64,000 nucleotides of DNA from a virus (IMGVR_UViG_3300046804_005798:1-64000); one strand, 5' to 3'; counted from the stretch's first letter, positions 37,579 to 48,460 are shown. Numbers and translations are program-made. Notes: generated by a model not told the origin, from the letters alone.

Positions 37579-38955
37579 TTAGAAACCTATGCTATTGATT
37601 TTGTCTGGGGATTCGTTACCATATTCATCATCATATAGTGGAACGAGTTCTTGGAATTGTAGAGATAATTCATATGATGTCATAGATGGTTCTCCAGCAA
37701 AAGTCATATAATTTCCATCTGGAGTATAATTGACATTACATTGAGTTAAAGCACATTCTTTAAATTTATTTAAGTATGGGTGTTGTCTATTTTTTGATGT
37801 TATATATGATATTGCAAAGGTGTGTGGTGATTTCAAAAGATAAGATTTACTACTTCTCTTTACTGACATTGCTTGTTTAAAGAACCTTATAATCTTTCTC
37901 ACTTCTTTTGCTTCTGCTTCTTCTCTTGGAGATAATCTAAAGGTAAATGAAAATGTTCTTAGACTTGGACTATTAAACAATAACTCAAGGTTTGGGTTTA
38001 CTATTGCACCATATTGTCTTTGCATTATATTTGCAGTGCCAGTTGCAGCTTGAGTAAATTTTGAGGTAAAAATACTTTTTAAATCCCCTGTACTACCCTT
38101 TGCTTTATCGAGTTGATCTCCAGTCGCGGTTTCTGCTGCTGCTCCACCACCTGAAATAGCAGATTGTGCTATGTCAGCAAAAGCTTTTGATAGATCATCT
38201 AATGAATCTCCCTGCCAATCAACTCCGTTGGAATCTGATATTCCTCCTGGAATTGGTAGTACTACAGTTCCTAAAATTTCTCTTTTTCCAAGTTCTGGTA
38301 TACCACCACTACTGACCGACACTATTCTGTTTCCAGCTGCACTTTCTGCAGACTTAAGACCAGATGCAACATATTGCACTATACTAAATTTTATACAATC
38401 TTGTTCTTCTACTTGTAGAGTTATTGGATATTTTGCATTTCCATAACTTCCTTTACCATACCTTGTTCCATCAGCATAAGTTGCAGCTTCTTGCGATAAT
38501 TCTTCTCTTTGTGCATCTGTTGCTGCTTGTTCGGGATTTGTGTCTGGATTTGAAGGTTTTACGTTAGAATCGTTTCCTTTCGAAATTTGTTCTACTTGTT
38601 TTGGTGTTGCTCCTGCTTTTGTTGCAGTTTGACTTGCTGCAGATAAAGCTTGTTTGTTTAAAGCACCACCGGGTTGAAGGGATTTTAATTCACTTTCTGT
38701 AAGTCCACTGCTTGTTGATAATGCCTTTGGTGGTTTAGAACCCGGTTCCGACCAAGTTTTTCCACCATCAAAACTCTCACCATATGCTACAAATGATTTT
38801 CCACTTCTTGTGGTGACTTCTTTTTGTAAAGTGATTGATGATGCTTTAATATTTCCATCACTTACATTAGAATCAAGTTTTACATTGTATGTTTGTCCAT
38901 TTAACTTAAAAGGATTGCTAGTATCTCCCTTTGCTCCATCGGTATTATATGCCAT
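37579..38955 (-). CDS. gp48: Baseplate tail-tube cap
   Basis: NPNLELLFNSPSLRTFSFTF.LSPR...VNYTPDG..LQFQEL. Confidence 0.85.
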   Translation of the reverse strand: MAYNTDGAKGDTSNPFKLNGQTYNVKLDSNVSDGNIKASSITLQKEVTTRSGKSFVAYGESFDGGKTWSEPGSKPPKALSTSSGLTESELKSLQPGGALNKQALSAASQTATKAGATPKQVEQISKGNDSNVKPSNPDTNPEQAATDAQREELSQEAATYADGTRYGKGSYGNAKYPITLQVEEQDCIKFSIVQYVASGLKSAESAAGNRIVSVSSGGIPELGKREILGTVVLPIPGGISDSNGVDWQGDSLDDLSKAFADIAQSAISGGGAAAETATGDQLDKAKGSTGDLKSIFTSKFTQAATGTANIMQRQYGAIVNPNLELLFNSPSLRTFSFTFRLSPREEAEAKEVRKIIRFFKQAMSVKRSSKSYLLKSPHTFAISYITSKNRQHPYLNKFKECALTQCNVNYTPDGNYMTFAGEPSMTSYELSLQFQELVPLYDDEYGNESPDKINSIGF

Positions 38956-39028
38956 CAAACAACCTCCTCACTGAAGGAACCTATGAAGATGTGTTGTCCT
39001 AAGCAGATAGACATTTGGACCAAGTTTT

Positions 39029-39415
39029 TTATTTATTTAGACGGAATTTTGCATATGGGATGGAAAGCATCTCATCTAGTTCTTCATATTTTACAACGTG
39101 AAGTTTACCCATAATCTCTTCCCATGTATACTGTCTCCCCTCTCTCCAGTGAAAATTAATTGCTTTAAATCCCCATCTTTCTAATGAAGTACATGCAATC
39201 AGTGGATGTTGGTCATATTCAATATCGGGTGTTTTGGGGGTATAAACAAACGTATAAAATTTTCCTGGTTCTGGATATAAAACTTCTTGCTTCAATACAT
39301 CCATTATAATCATCATTAAATCTTCTGGATCATTTGTATTTGACTCGCCAATTCTTTTTTTGAGTTCTTTCATTCTAGGTGGAATGTTTGTATATTTTCC
39401 AAAACCATCTGCCAT
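39029..39415 (-). CDS. gp2: DNA end protector-like protein
   Basis: PGKFYTFVY.PKT..YDQHPLI..INFHW; next to gp4. Confidence 0.65.
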   Translation of the reverse strand: MADGFGKYTNIPPRMKELKKRIGESNTNDPEDLMMIIMDVLKQEVLYPEPGKFYTFVYTPKTPDIEYDQHPLIACTSLERWGFKAINFHWREGRQYTWEEIMGKLHVVKYEELDEMLSIPYAKFRLNK

Positions 39416-39858
39416 TACTTGATACCTAATTCTTGTTCTGTTATTATACGAAATTCGATCATATTATCTTTACAGAATTCTTGTGCAGCACTCCACTTTG
39501 CTTGATTAGTTGCATAGGTATAAACTTCATGAAGATAAGACTTAGTTGTTCTTGATCTTGGTTGGGGTGCAACTGTCTCTTTTTTTGGTTTAATCTCAAT
39601 AATATACTTTTTAATTTCTCCAGATTGTTCTTTAACTTTAATAATAAAATCTGGAAAATAGTTTCTTATTTTTTGTTTAACCGGGTCATAGTATTTGATG
39701 CGAATTTCTTCACTACCCCATGAAATAATATTTTCATTCAGGTCACACCAGTAGCAAAATTTTCTTTCCCAACTACTTCTACATATAATCTTATTTGGAT
39801 CACCAATGTACTTTTGAGGATAAGATGGTTTGTAGATGCTTTTTATGCTTTCTGCCAT
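39415..39858 (-). CDS. gp4: Head completion nuclease
   Basis: KYIGDP..RSSWE..WGSEE..YFPDF..EIKP..NQAKW. Confidence 0.92.
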   Translation of the reverse strand: MAESIKSIYKPSYPQKYIGDPNKIICRSSWERKFCYWCDLNENIISWGSEEIRIKYYDPVKQKIRNYFPDFIIKVKEQSGEIKKYIIEIKPKKETVAPQPRSRTTKSYLHEVYTYATNQAKWSAAQEFCKDNMIEFRIITEQELGIK

Positions 39859-39901
39859 TATCCTTACTACATAATATATAAAGGTCAAAAAGTATTTATA
39901 A

Positions 39902-40750
39902 ATGCCTACTCCAAAAACTTTATCTGATATAAAGGCAAATTTACTTCTTAAACCAGCACTTACTTCACATTTTGAAGTTGAGGTAGGTTATCCTACAAAG
40001 AGAGGAGATTTTTTGAAATACTTAAAAGATAATGGCGTTGCATATACTTCAGCAACCTCTGGGGCATTAACTTTACTATGTTCTGAGGCAACATTGCCTG
40101 GTTCTTCTTTAGCAACTCATGAAATTAATAATGATTTTCATGGAGTTACCGAAAGACATGTTTATAGAAGAATTTATGATGATAGAATTGATTTGACTTT
40201 TTATGTTGATGCACAAAATTATATGCCAATTAGATTTTTTGAAACTTGGATAAAATATACTGTAAATGAGAGTATTGCTGAGAAAAGAGAATCTGGTGGA
40301 AATATATTGGGTCCCGTGGGAAGTTTAAATTCCCAATATTTCTATAGGGTTAGGTATCCAAATGATTATAAGGGATCTTTGAAAATAGTTAAGTTTGAAA
40401 GAGATTATGCTTCCAATTTGACATATGAATTTAAAGATGCATTTCCGATTTCAATTTCTTCTATGCCAATATCTTATGATTCATCATCTTTATTAAAATG
40501 TACCGTATCTATGACTTATATAAGATATGTTTTGTATCCATCTTCTAAAAATAATGATAAGGTGCCAGATCAGACACCAGAATCTTCTAATAGTGGAGTC
40601 GTTTTGAATAATGAATATAACTGGGCACAAAATTATAATCAATCATTTGGGGGGGGATTTAATGCTGGTGGAGTTCCTGACCTTCCTGCACTAAGTTCTG
40701 GCAATACTGTTTCTGGATTTACTGTTGGTGCAAATTCCAACATTGCTTAA
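39902..40750 (+). CDS. Tail-tube-fold baseplate protein (gp54/gp19-like)
   Basis: LCSEATLPG, LTFYVD..FFETW, AFPISISS. Confidence 0.75.
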   Translation: MPTPKTLSDIKANLLLKPALTSHFEVEVGYPTKRGDFLKYLKDNGVAYTSATSGALTLLCSEATLPGSSLATHEINNDFHGVTERHVYRRIYDDRIDLTFYVDAQNYMPIRFFETWIKYTVNESIAEKRESGGNILGPVGSLNSQYFYRVRYPNDYKGSLKIVKFERDYASNLTYEFKDAFPISISSMPISYDSSSLLKCTVSMTYIRYVLYPSSKNNDKVPDQTPESSNSGVVLNNEYNWAQNYNQSFGGGFNAGGVPDLPALSSGNTVSGFTVGANSNIA

Positions 40751-40791
40751 GTACAATAAATAAATTTACACTGAATTACCTATAGGATATT

Positions 40792-41511
40792 ATGCCTTTA
40801 CCTAAGATTGCTACACCAACTTATGAACTTGAATTGCCTTCAACTGGAGAGACGATTCGATATAGACCTTTTCTCGTCAAGGAAGAAAAAGTATTAGTGA
40901 TTGCTTTGGAGAGTGAAGACACTAAGCAAATTACTAGTGCTATTAAGAATGTTATTAAAAATTGTGTTATAACAAAAAATATAAAAGTAGAATCCTTACC
41001 TACTTTTGATATTGAATATCTTTTCCTTAACATCAGAGGAAAATCTGTCGGAGAAGATATTGAGGTTAATGTGATTTGTCCAGATGATCAGGAGACGACA
41101 ACTACAATTAAGTTGAATCTTGATGACATCAAAGTTGAGAAAAATGAGAAGCACACTAATAAAATAAAGGTTGATAAGAGTATTGTGATGGAAATGAAAT
41201 ATCCATCACTTGATCAATTCATTAAAAATAATTTTGATTTTACTGATACAAATGCTATGGAACAATCTTTTGATTTGATTGCTTCTTGCATTGATAAAAT
41301 TTATACTGAAGATGAAGTTTGGGCAGCGGCCGATGTAACCAAGAAAGAACTTGGCGATTTTTTGGAACAAATGAATTCATCACAATTTAAAGAAATTGAA
41401 AAATTCTTTGAAACAATGCCAAGACTATCACATAAGGTTACCGTTGTAAATCCAAAAACTAAAGTTGAAAGTGAAGTTGTTTTAGAAGGGTTAGCAAGTT
41501 TTTTCGCATAG
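40792..41511 (+). CDS. gp26: Baseplate hub assembly protein
   Basis: MPLPKIATPTYELELPS..RPFLVKEEK..FDIEYLFLNIRGKSVGE..LEGLASFF. Confidence 0.88.
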   Translation: MPLPKIATPTYELELPSTGETIRYRPFLVKEEKVLVIALESEDTKQITSAIKNVIKNCVITKNIKVESLPTFDIEYLFLNIRGKSVGEDIEVNVICPDDQETTTTIKLNLDDIKVEKNEKHTNKIKVDKSIVMEMKYPSLDQFIKNNFDFTDTNAMEQSFDLIASCIDKIYTEDEVWAAADVTKKELGDFLEQMNSSQFKEIEKFFETMPRLSHKVTVVNPKTKVESEVVLEGLASFFA

Positions 41512-41522
41512 CCCTAGTTCAT

Positions 41523-41702
41523 ATGGATCTGGAAAGTTATTTCCGTCTTAATTTTGCCTTGATGCAATACCATAAATATTCTTTGACAGAAATTGAAAAT
41601 ATGATGCCTTGGGAACGAGACATCTATGTTGTTTTATTACAACAGCATTTGGAAGAAGAAAAATTAAAACAACAGCAATCGAATGGCACTCAATTCTTCT
41701 AA
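41523..41702 (+). CDS. gp51: Baseplate hub assembly catalyst-like ORF (59 aa)
   Basis: YFRLNFALMQYHKYSLTEIENMMPWERDIYV. Confidence 0.8.
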   Translation: MDLESYFRLNFALMQYHKYSLTEIENMMPWERDIYVVLLQQHLEEEKLKQQQSNGTQFF

Positions 41703-44115
41703 AAATTTGCCAGCATTAATGCCATCAAAGGCAAAGAATGGGAGTGCCCTTGTTAATGAAAAAATAGATGAAAGGATATTAAGATTACTTGGATTAGAAG
41801 ATATATTTGATATTGATTATGATACTTATTCTTCTCTTTTAAGAGAAAGAATGGCTGCTGCAAGAATGACAAAGCAGACTATTGCAACAGAAGAAGTTGA
41901 AATGATAACTGATGAGTGGAAACGAATAAAGGGTAAAAAAGGTAGATTTAAAGTAAAGAAAATAACTGCAGCAAGTTTTAAAAAAGGAACCGCATTTGGT
42001 ATTAATCTTAAAAATAAAAAACTTGTTGCGAGAATAAAACCACTTGCACTCCCTCCAGCAGCGGATGAAATAAAGGGTCAAGATGATACTAAAGAAATTA
42101 TAGGTCTTCTTGGAGAAATAATAAAAAATTTAACACTACAAAATAAAGTTCAAAAAAGTTCTAATGAAAGATCTAGAAAAGAAGCAGAAGATGCCAAGAG
42201 AGGTCTTGCTGAATCTAGATTAGAAAAAGGATTTTCTGCTGCAATAAAAGTCGCTGAAAAAATTATTGCACCGGTAAAATCTTTATTGAATAGAATTATT
42301 GATTTTATAACTCAAATTTTTATAGGTAGATCTATTGTTTTACTTTTGGAGTGGTTTGGTAATAAGGATAATAGGGATAAGGTTCAGTCCATTATTAGAT
42401 TTTTTGGTGATCATTGGCCAAAACTTTTAGCACTTTACATTAGGTTTGGGACACAATTTGGAAGGTTTGTTGGTGGACTTTCTAAACTTGTAATTTCTGG
42501 GACATTAAGACTTGTACAACTTGCTGCTAAACTTGTTGGTGCTAAAGGTGCTGCTAGATTCTTAGGTGGATGGGGTGGTAAGTTACTGGGTGCTGGTTTA
42601 ACAGTTGCAACAACTGTTGGAACCACTATGGCTTTAAGTAGTGGTATTGAAAATTTTGCAGGACTCGAAAATTTGGGAAAAGAACCCCCACCAAAAACTC
42701 CTGGTTATTTTGGTGGGGGTTTAGCACAATTTAAAAATCTATTAGGATTTTTTGGTGGTGGACCTGGATTTGTAAGTGGACAAAAAGGAATTGATAAGGT
42801 TCCTGCTATGCTTACTGATGGTGAATTTGTTATGTCTCGTGGTGCTGTTCAAAAATATGGTGTGGGAACACTTGAGTCAATGAATGCTGCTGGTGGTGGC
42901 ACAAATAGACCTAGGATGATAAATGGAGCAACATACGCTTATGGTGGTGGATTAGTAGGTACAGATAGATCTAGCGATTCTTCTTATAGAAAAAATGAAC
43001 AAGAATTGAAGAAGCAGAAAAAGGAAGAGAATATTAGTGGTCGTGCAGGGTCTCCTGGTGCTGCTTTATCGGTTCAACAAAGAGTTCAAAGAATAGAAAA
43101 GCAACTTGCAGCACAAAAAGCACTTAGTTCTGGTGGTTTGTCTTTAAAAGGAACGCAGGGATTTGATATTGGTAAAGGTTATGCAGCATCTTATAAAGGT
43201 AGGGATTCTATTGTAGTTAAAGACGCTGTTAAGCAAGGAACGAGATATGGTGATATTATGGTTGAACCAGAAATCACAATTGCAGGCAAACGTTATTTTG
43301 CCCAGCAGAAAGGAAATGATATAATTTATTCTTCTAATTTTGCTAGAGGTTTATCCGGACAGGTAGACAAATATGGTGCTAGAAATAAATCATATCAAGG
43401 AAAAGGTGCTGGAATTCTTGGTGGATTTGGATTAAAGAGGGATAATAAGAGTTTGCCAAAAACTAAAATAATGATGGGTCCAGATGGACCATTTGTTGGA
43501 TATCTTAGATTCCGTGGTGGTCAACCAGAATATGCAAGACCAACAGAAAGAAAGAGTGGATTTTTGGAACAACTTACAAATCTCTTTGATCCTAAGGGGG
43601 CAAGGTCTAGGCAGGAAACTTTGAATGCCCGATCAATGAGACTTTCTGCAATTACTGATTTGGAACAATATAGAAAGGAGGGGATGACCGAAGATAACAT
43701 TAAAAAAATGTTAGGTCCAAATTTATATAAGAATGCCATAAATGATTCAAAAGCAAAACAGTCTGCGTTTTCCAAGAAAAATACTATAATACAAGATTCA
43801 CATAGAGCTCAGGAAAGAAACTATTATAAGAATCGTGGTATTGGGGGAATGGGCGGACTTGGATCTAGTTATCGGGGACAAGAACTTCAATTATCAGCAA
43901 AAGCAAATGCTGCTAGGATATCGCCAACCAAACCAAAAACAAGACAATTGACACCTCCATCAAGACAACCTGTTGTTGTTAGAACAAAACCAGTTGGAAG
44001 TGGAAATGGTGGAGTGACAAAATCATCTGGAGGAAGACCAAGAACTCCAAACTTTGGTGCAAGTTGTCCATCTAGCAATGCGCCAAGAAGCAAGAAAATT
44101 TTAGGAATTTTTTAA
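41683..44115 (+). CDS. Large tail protein (tape-measure-like)
   Basis: Helical/hydrophobic N-half, DKVPAMLTDGEFVM motif; position after gp26/51. Confidence 0.6.
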   Translation: MALNSSKNLPALMPSKAKNGSALVNEKIDERILRLLGLEDIFDIDYDTYSSLLRERMAAARMTKQTIATEEVEMITDEWKRIKGKKGRFKVKKITAASFKKGTAFGINLKNKKLVARIKPLALPPAADEIKGQDDTKEIIGLLGEIIKNLTLQNKVQKSSNERSRKEAEDAKRGLAESRLEKGFSAAIKVAEKIIAPVKSLLNRIIDFITQIFIGRSIVLLLEWFGNKDNRDKVQSIIRFFGDHWPKLLALYIRFGTQFGRFVGGLSKLVISGTLRLVQLAAKLVGAKGAARFLGGWGGKLLGAGLTVATTVGTTMALSSGIENFAGLENLGKEPPPKTPGYFGGGLAQFKNLLGFFGGGPGFVSGQKGIDKVPAMLTDGEFVMSRGAVQKYGVGTLESMNAAGGGTNRPRMINGATYAYGGGLVGTDRSSDSSYRKNEQELKKQKKEENISGRAGSPGAALSVQQRVQRIEKQLAAQKALSSGGLSLKGTQGFDIGKGYAASYKGRDSIVVKDAVKQGTRYGDIMVEPEITIAGKRYFAQQKGNDIIYSSNFARGLSGQVDKYGARNKSYQGKGAGILGGFGLKRDNKSLPKTKIMMGPDGPFVGYLRFRGGQPEYARPTERKSGFLEQLTNLFDPKGARSRQETLNARSMRLSAITDLEQYRKEGMTEDNIKKMLGPNLYKNAINDSKAKQSAFSKKNTIIQDSHRAQERNYYKNRGIGGMGGLGSSYRGQELQLSAKANAARISPTKPKTRQLTPPSRQPVVVRTKPVGSGNGGVTKSSGGRPRTPNFGASCPSSNAPRSKKILGIF

Positions 44116-44118
44116 TAA

Positions 44119-47025
44119 ATGAAACCTAAATCACTACCTCCATTAAAAATAAATTCAACAAAACTTTTACCAGGTTCTAGCATTTCTGCTATCACTAAAA
44201 GAATTAGTGTTAAATCTTTATCGAGTGGAGATAAATCTTTTTCTAAAAGTAATCTTGGAATCATAAAAAAACAGGTTATTAAAATTGGCGATTTAGTAAA
44301 GACTAATACATTATTAAAGCAAGCAGAAGAGACTAAAAAAAGGAAACTGTTAGAACAAAAAAAGTTTTCTGAGAGAGAAGAAAAATTAGAGGCAAAACCA
44401 GAGAAAAAAGAGAACAATAAAGTTAAACTTCCTGGAGTTCCGAAATTAAGTTTTCTTGATAGAATTAAAAAGTTTTTATTCAATATTTTACTTGGGTTTA
44501 TAGTTGTTAGATTGCTACCACAACTTCCTAAGTTAATGGGAGTTGTAAAGTTAGCAGGGCAAGCACTTGATTTTGTCACTAATTGGGGAGGAAAATTATT
44601 AAATGGTCTTGTGACCTTCATTGATTGGGGATATAAAGCATATGATAATACAAGAAATTTTTTGAAGAATATTGGAGGAGAAAATACTCTTAAAGTTTTT
44701 GATGGATTTATTGGTGCAATGGATAAGGTAATTGAAGCATCTATTATTGCTGCAATTGCTTTTGGAGAACTTCGTGATACCGGTGGTGGAGGTCCTGGTG
44801 GAGGAAGACCTGGAAGAGGTGGAAGACCTGGAAGAGGTGGAAGACCTGGAGTAACTCAGGGGCGAGGAGGACAAGGACAAAGACCTAGAGTTCCTGGGAC
44901 TGGACCAAGAGTTACTACTGGTCAGGGAGGTAGGTTTAGACTTCCTACCAGAGGAGCAGTCGTTAAAGGTGGATTACTTGGATTAGTAACTCTTATTCCC
45001 GATATTCTTAACTCTTGGGACTTGTGGCAAAATCAAGGAAGAGGAAAGGATGCATTAAGAACATTTTTTAGTGCTGTTACTGGTGCTATTGCCGGGTTAG
45101 GTGCCGTTGCTGCTGTAGAGGCTGGAGCAGCTGCTTTGGGTATAACCGGTGTTGGTATTCCCGCCGCTATCGCTCTTGCCGTTACTGGATTTGCTGCTTC
45201 TTCTTTAGCTGGAACAGGTGCATATAATTTAGCTGATGCATTTCTTAGAAAAATAGGATTGGTTGATAATGATCCTGAAACCGGAAAACCTTATGCATAT
45301 AGAAGTGGTGGTCCAGTTACAAGAGGTGGAAAATTAACAGGTCCTGCAAAAAGAGAAGTTAAAAAAACTAAAGTAAAGCGAGAAGTAAGTATTACGCCAC
45401 CAAAATTAAAACCGGGTGCTGATGTTGGTGGTGGTAAGGAAATAGAAAAAATGTTTCCAAAGTCAACTAAAAGTGATACGATGAATCCTTTGGGATATTC
45501 TGAAAATTTTTATGAAAAGACTAGTGATATTCCTTTCTTTGGTCCAATTTTTGGATTAGTTACTAAAACTTTATTGGGAGATAAACCAAACTCTCTTGAT
45601 TATGAAAATATTGGAAAGGGTTTAAATTCTTGGATGAGTAATACATTCAGTAGTGAAGTGTTGAGAACTGGTGGAGCATTTGCAGGTGGTGGTGAAGTTA
45701 ATACTGAAATGTTTATGAGAGGTGAAGACTTAACAAAAGTGATTGCAAAGTCAGTAGAGGAGACAGTTTCATCAAGAGTTGATAACGTTTTAAATGATTT
45801 GATGAAACAGTTGGGATTAAAGGAAATAGATCGTGGAAAAGAACCTGGAGAAACAGCACCTGGTGCAGAGGATGAGCCTTCAGGTTCTCCTACTCTTACT
45901 GGCAACACAAATGCAGAAAAAGTTTTTAGATACTTGGTAGATAACGAAGGATTCACTCCAGAGGCATCTGCTGGTGTTATTGGAAATTTAATGCAAGAAT
46001 CTGGAGTCAATCCAAAGTCTAGGCAACTTGGTGGTGGTCCTGGTAGGGGTATTATGCAGTGGACAGAATCTGAAAGATGGGCATCTCTAACTGCATGGGC
46101 AAATAATTCGGGTAAGGATCCATGGGCATTAGAAACTCAAGTTGAGTGGATGATTAAAGAAATGAAGTCTTATGGAACTTATAATAGAATTAAAGGAGTA
46201 AGTTCATATAAAAAAGCAGTTGAAATATTTGAGAAAGAAATGGAGAGAGCAGGAACTCCAAATTATCCACGTAGATATCAATTTGCCGCAGATGCTCTTG
46301 CAAGTTTTAGTAGTGGTGCTGGATCTGGTGGTGCTGGCGGAAGTTTCACACAACTCTCAAACAATCCCGATGCAAAGAGAGGATCAAAACTTGCAGGAGA
46401 ACTTGGAAGATTTTTGGATGCAAAAGGTTTGGGGAGATGGGGATCTGGTGTAAATCAACATCCAGAACATCGCCCTTGGAGTCCAGAGAGTGGACATAGT
46501 GCTAATTCACTTCATTATGCATCTCAGGGAGCAAGGGCAATTGATATTGGTGGATATGGAAGAAGTCGTGGATATTCTGACCAAGATCAAATTCTTGCAG
46601 GAATTGCGGAATTCAATAAGTTAAAGGGTGTCAAACCAGTTCAATTATTAAAAGATGGATATCCAGGTCATGATAATCATGTTCACGTTGCTTATGGTAG
46701 AGGTGGTCTTGTCAGAGGATTTACTAAGGCAATCCTTGGAGAAAGGGGTGTTGAGTTTGTTCTTGATACTGATACCACATCAGCATTAGAACAAAACTTT
46801 CCTGGATTTTTGGATGCATTAAACAAAGCAAATTATAATGGAGCTATTAATGTTTTGAGAAATTATGCTTATTATGAATCTGGTTCTATGATAGAAGTTA
46901 TTGTGGAGCAACCAGAACCAGAAATTGTTATGGTTCCTGTTCCAACCCCACAACAATCAGTTATTTCATCATCTACACCACTATCTTCAAATTCTTGGCG
47001 AGATCATGCATATATGCAGGGTTAA
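44119..47025 (+). CDS. Large tail protein with tail-lysozyme-like and peptidase-like domains
   Basis: AGVIGNLMQESG..GIMQWT..RW..FEKEMERAG; H.ANSLHY...AIDIG...HDNHVHV. Confidence 0.75.
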   Translation: MKPKSLPPLKINSTKLLPGSSISAITKRISVKSLSSGDKSFSKSNLGIIKKQVIKIGDLVKTNTLLKQAEETKKRKLLEQKKFSEREEKLEAKPEKKENNKVKLPGVPKLSFLDRIKKFLFNILLGFIVVRLLPQLPKLMGVVKLAGQALDFVTNWGGKLLNGLVTFIDWGYKAYDNTRNFLKNIGGENTLKVFDGFIGAMDKVIEASIIAAIAFGELRDTGGGGPGGGRPGRGGRPGRGGRPGVTQGRGGQGQRPRVPGTGPRVTTGQGGRFRLPTRGAVVKGGLLGLVTLIPDILNSWDLWQNQGRGKDALRTFFSAVTGAIAGLGAVAAVEAGAAALGITGVGIPAAIALAVTGFAASSLAGTGAYNLADAFLRKIGLVDNDPETGKPYAYRSGGPVTRGGKLTGPAKREVKKTKVKREVSITPPKLKPGADVGGGKEIEKMFPKSTKSDTMNPLGYSENFYEKTSDIPFFGPIFGLVTKTLLGDKPNSLDYENIGKGLNSWMSNTFSSEVLRTGGAFAGGGEVNTEMFMRGEDLTKVIAKSVEETVSSRVDNVLNDLMKQLGLKEIDRGKEPGETAPGAEDEPSGSPTLTGNTNAEKVFRYLVDNEGFTPEASAGVIGNLMQESGVNPKSRQLGGGPGRGIMQWTESERWASLTAWANNSGKDPWALETQVEWMIKEMKSYGTYNRIKGVSSYKKAVEIFEKEMERAGTPNYPRRYQFAADALASFSSGAGSGGAGGSFTQLSNNPDAKRGSKLAGELGRFLDAKGLGRWGSGVNQHPEHRPWSPESGHSANSLHYASQGARAIDIGGYGRSRGYSDQDQILAGIAEFNKLKGVKPVQLLKDGYPGHDNHVHVAYGRGGLVRGFTKAILGERGVEFVLDTDTTSALEQNFPGFLDALNKANYNGAINVLRNYAYYESGSMIEVIVEQPEPEIVMVPVPTPQQSVISSSTPLSSNSWRDHAYMQG

Positions 47026-47050
47026 ATAGTATAAAAAAGTATTCATATAA

Positions 47051-48424
47051 ATGTCTCAGAAAACAGTAGATTCTAGGTCCGTTTCTATAGATGAGTTTTT
47101 AATTTCCTCTATAGACAATAAAGTTATTAAAGACATCCCTGACATTATAACAGATTTATATTATTATGAGAGTATTTTAGATCCCTCTATTCGAGTTCAA
47201 ATAGTTTATGCTGATACTGGTAATACAGTTGAAAAAGATGGAGTTTATAAGACACTTCTTGAAGGAATGCCTTTAGAATATGGACTTGATTCTCGAATAA
47301 AATTGAGAGATTATAATGATGTTGAGTTAAATTTAAATGTCAATATTAGTTCTATTACTCCACTATCAAAAGACACTACTAAGTCTTTAGTTGGTGTTGA
47401 GTTTATCTCTCCAGAAGCAATAGACAACTATAAATGCGTTGTTAGAAAAAGATATGACGGAAAAATATCGGACCATGTAAGAAATATTTTAACTGATTCT
47501 GAACTCTTAAGTACGGAGAAAAAACTAGATATTGAAGAAACTGAGAATACCTTTAATTTTTTTGGTAATCAAAAGAGACCTTTTTATCACATTCTCTGGT
47601 TAGCAAAAAGAAGTGTCCCTAGCATACAAAATGCAAAGGGAAATACTGCTGGATTTCTTTTCTTTGAGACATCTGATGGATTTAAATTTAAATCTATAGA
47701 TGGAATGTTGTCTGAAAATGAACCTAGTGGTAGTAAGAAAAATATAAAAAGTTTTGTCTACAACCAAACTGCAGATCTTCCTGTTGAATATGATGGAAAA
47801 ATAGTAGATATAATTCCACCAACTCCAGGTGGAGATATTCAAACAAAACTTGAAGCTGGTACATATTCTACGAGAACAATATTATTTGATCCGTTCAATT
47901 GTTATTATGAAGTCATTAATCCAAATTCTCAAGGACAAGCAACTGAGCTTGGATCTGAAGAAAATCTTCAAAAAGCAGGGAAGTCTTTGCCAAAAATAAA
48001 TCCAAAATTTAAAAAGGAGGGAAGAAATAAAGATTTTTCAAGAACTCAATACATGCTTCTTGACACAGGTTCAATTCCAAGTGGAAGTACAAAGCAGCAA
48101 ATAGAAAAATCAAAAGAACAAAATTTTGATCCTAAAAATATTTTAAACCAATCTTCGATGAGATATAATCAACTTTTTTCATCTCAAACAACAATAACAC
48201 TTGACCGTGCCGATTTTAGTTTACATGCAGGAGATTTAATTTATGTAAGCACTCCAGAACTTTCAAGTAAAAAGATTCAGGATTTTGATGAATATTTGGG
48301 TGGATACTATTTAATTGCTGATATATGTCATTATATAAACATAAAAACTGCTGGATTCACAAAAATAGTAGCAGTTAGAGATTCTGTTGGCACAAAAGGC
48401 ACACCAAAATATAATCCACAATAA
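47051..48424 (+). CDS. Baseplate hub-like structural protein
   Basis: YYESIL, FLFFETSDGFKFKSID, LHAGD, GYYLIADICH. Confidence 0.65.
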   Translation: MSQKTVDSRSVSIDEFLISSIDNKVIKDIPDIITDLYYYESILDPSIRVQIVYADTGNTVEKDGVYKTLLEGMPLEYGLDSRIKLRDYNDVELNLNVNISSITPLSKDTTKSLVGVEFISPEAIDNYKCVVRKRYDGKISDHVRNILTDSELLSTEKKLDIEETENTFNFFGNQKRPFYHILWLAKRSVPSIQNAKGNTAGFLFFETSDGFKFKSIDGMLSENEPSGSKKNIKSFVYNQTADLPVEYDGKIVDIIPPTPGGDIQTKLEAGTYSTRTILFDPFNCYYEVINPNSQGQATELGSEENLQKAGKSLPKINPKFKKEGRNKDFSRTQYMLLDTGSIPSGSTKQQIEKSKEQNFDPKNILNQSSMRYNQLFSSQTTITLDRADFSLHAGDLIYVSTPELSSKKIQDFDEYLGGYYLIADICHYINIKTAGFTKIVAVRDSVGTKGTPKYNPQ

Positions 48425-48460
48425 AGTTGTTAAATAGTCATAGTATCTTTACGCATAGTT

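Noticed and set aside
38968-38982. CTGAAGGAAC resembling a glnA aptamer 3' end
   Set aside because: No matching CGTTC 5' strand, and it lies antisense to the local transcription unit
44790-44850. 18-nt tandem repeat (GGRPGR)
   Set aside because: Ordinary low-complexity linker within a tail protein
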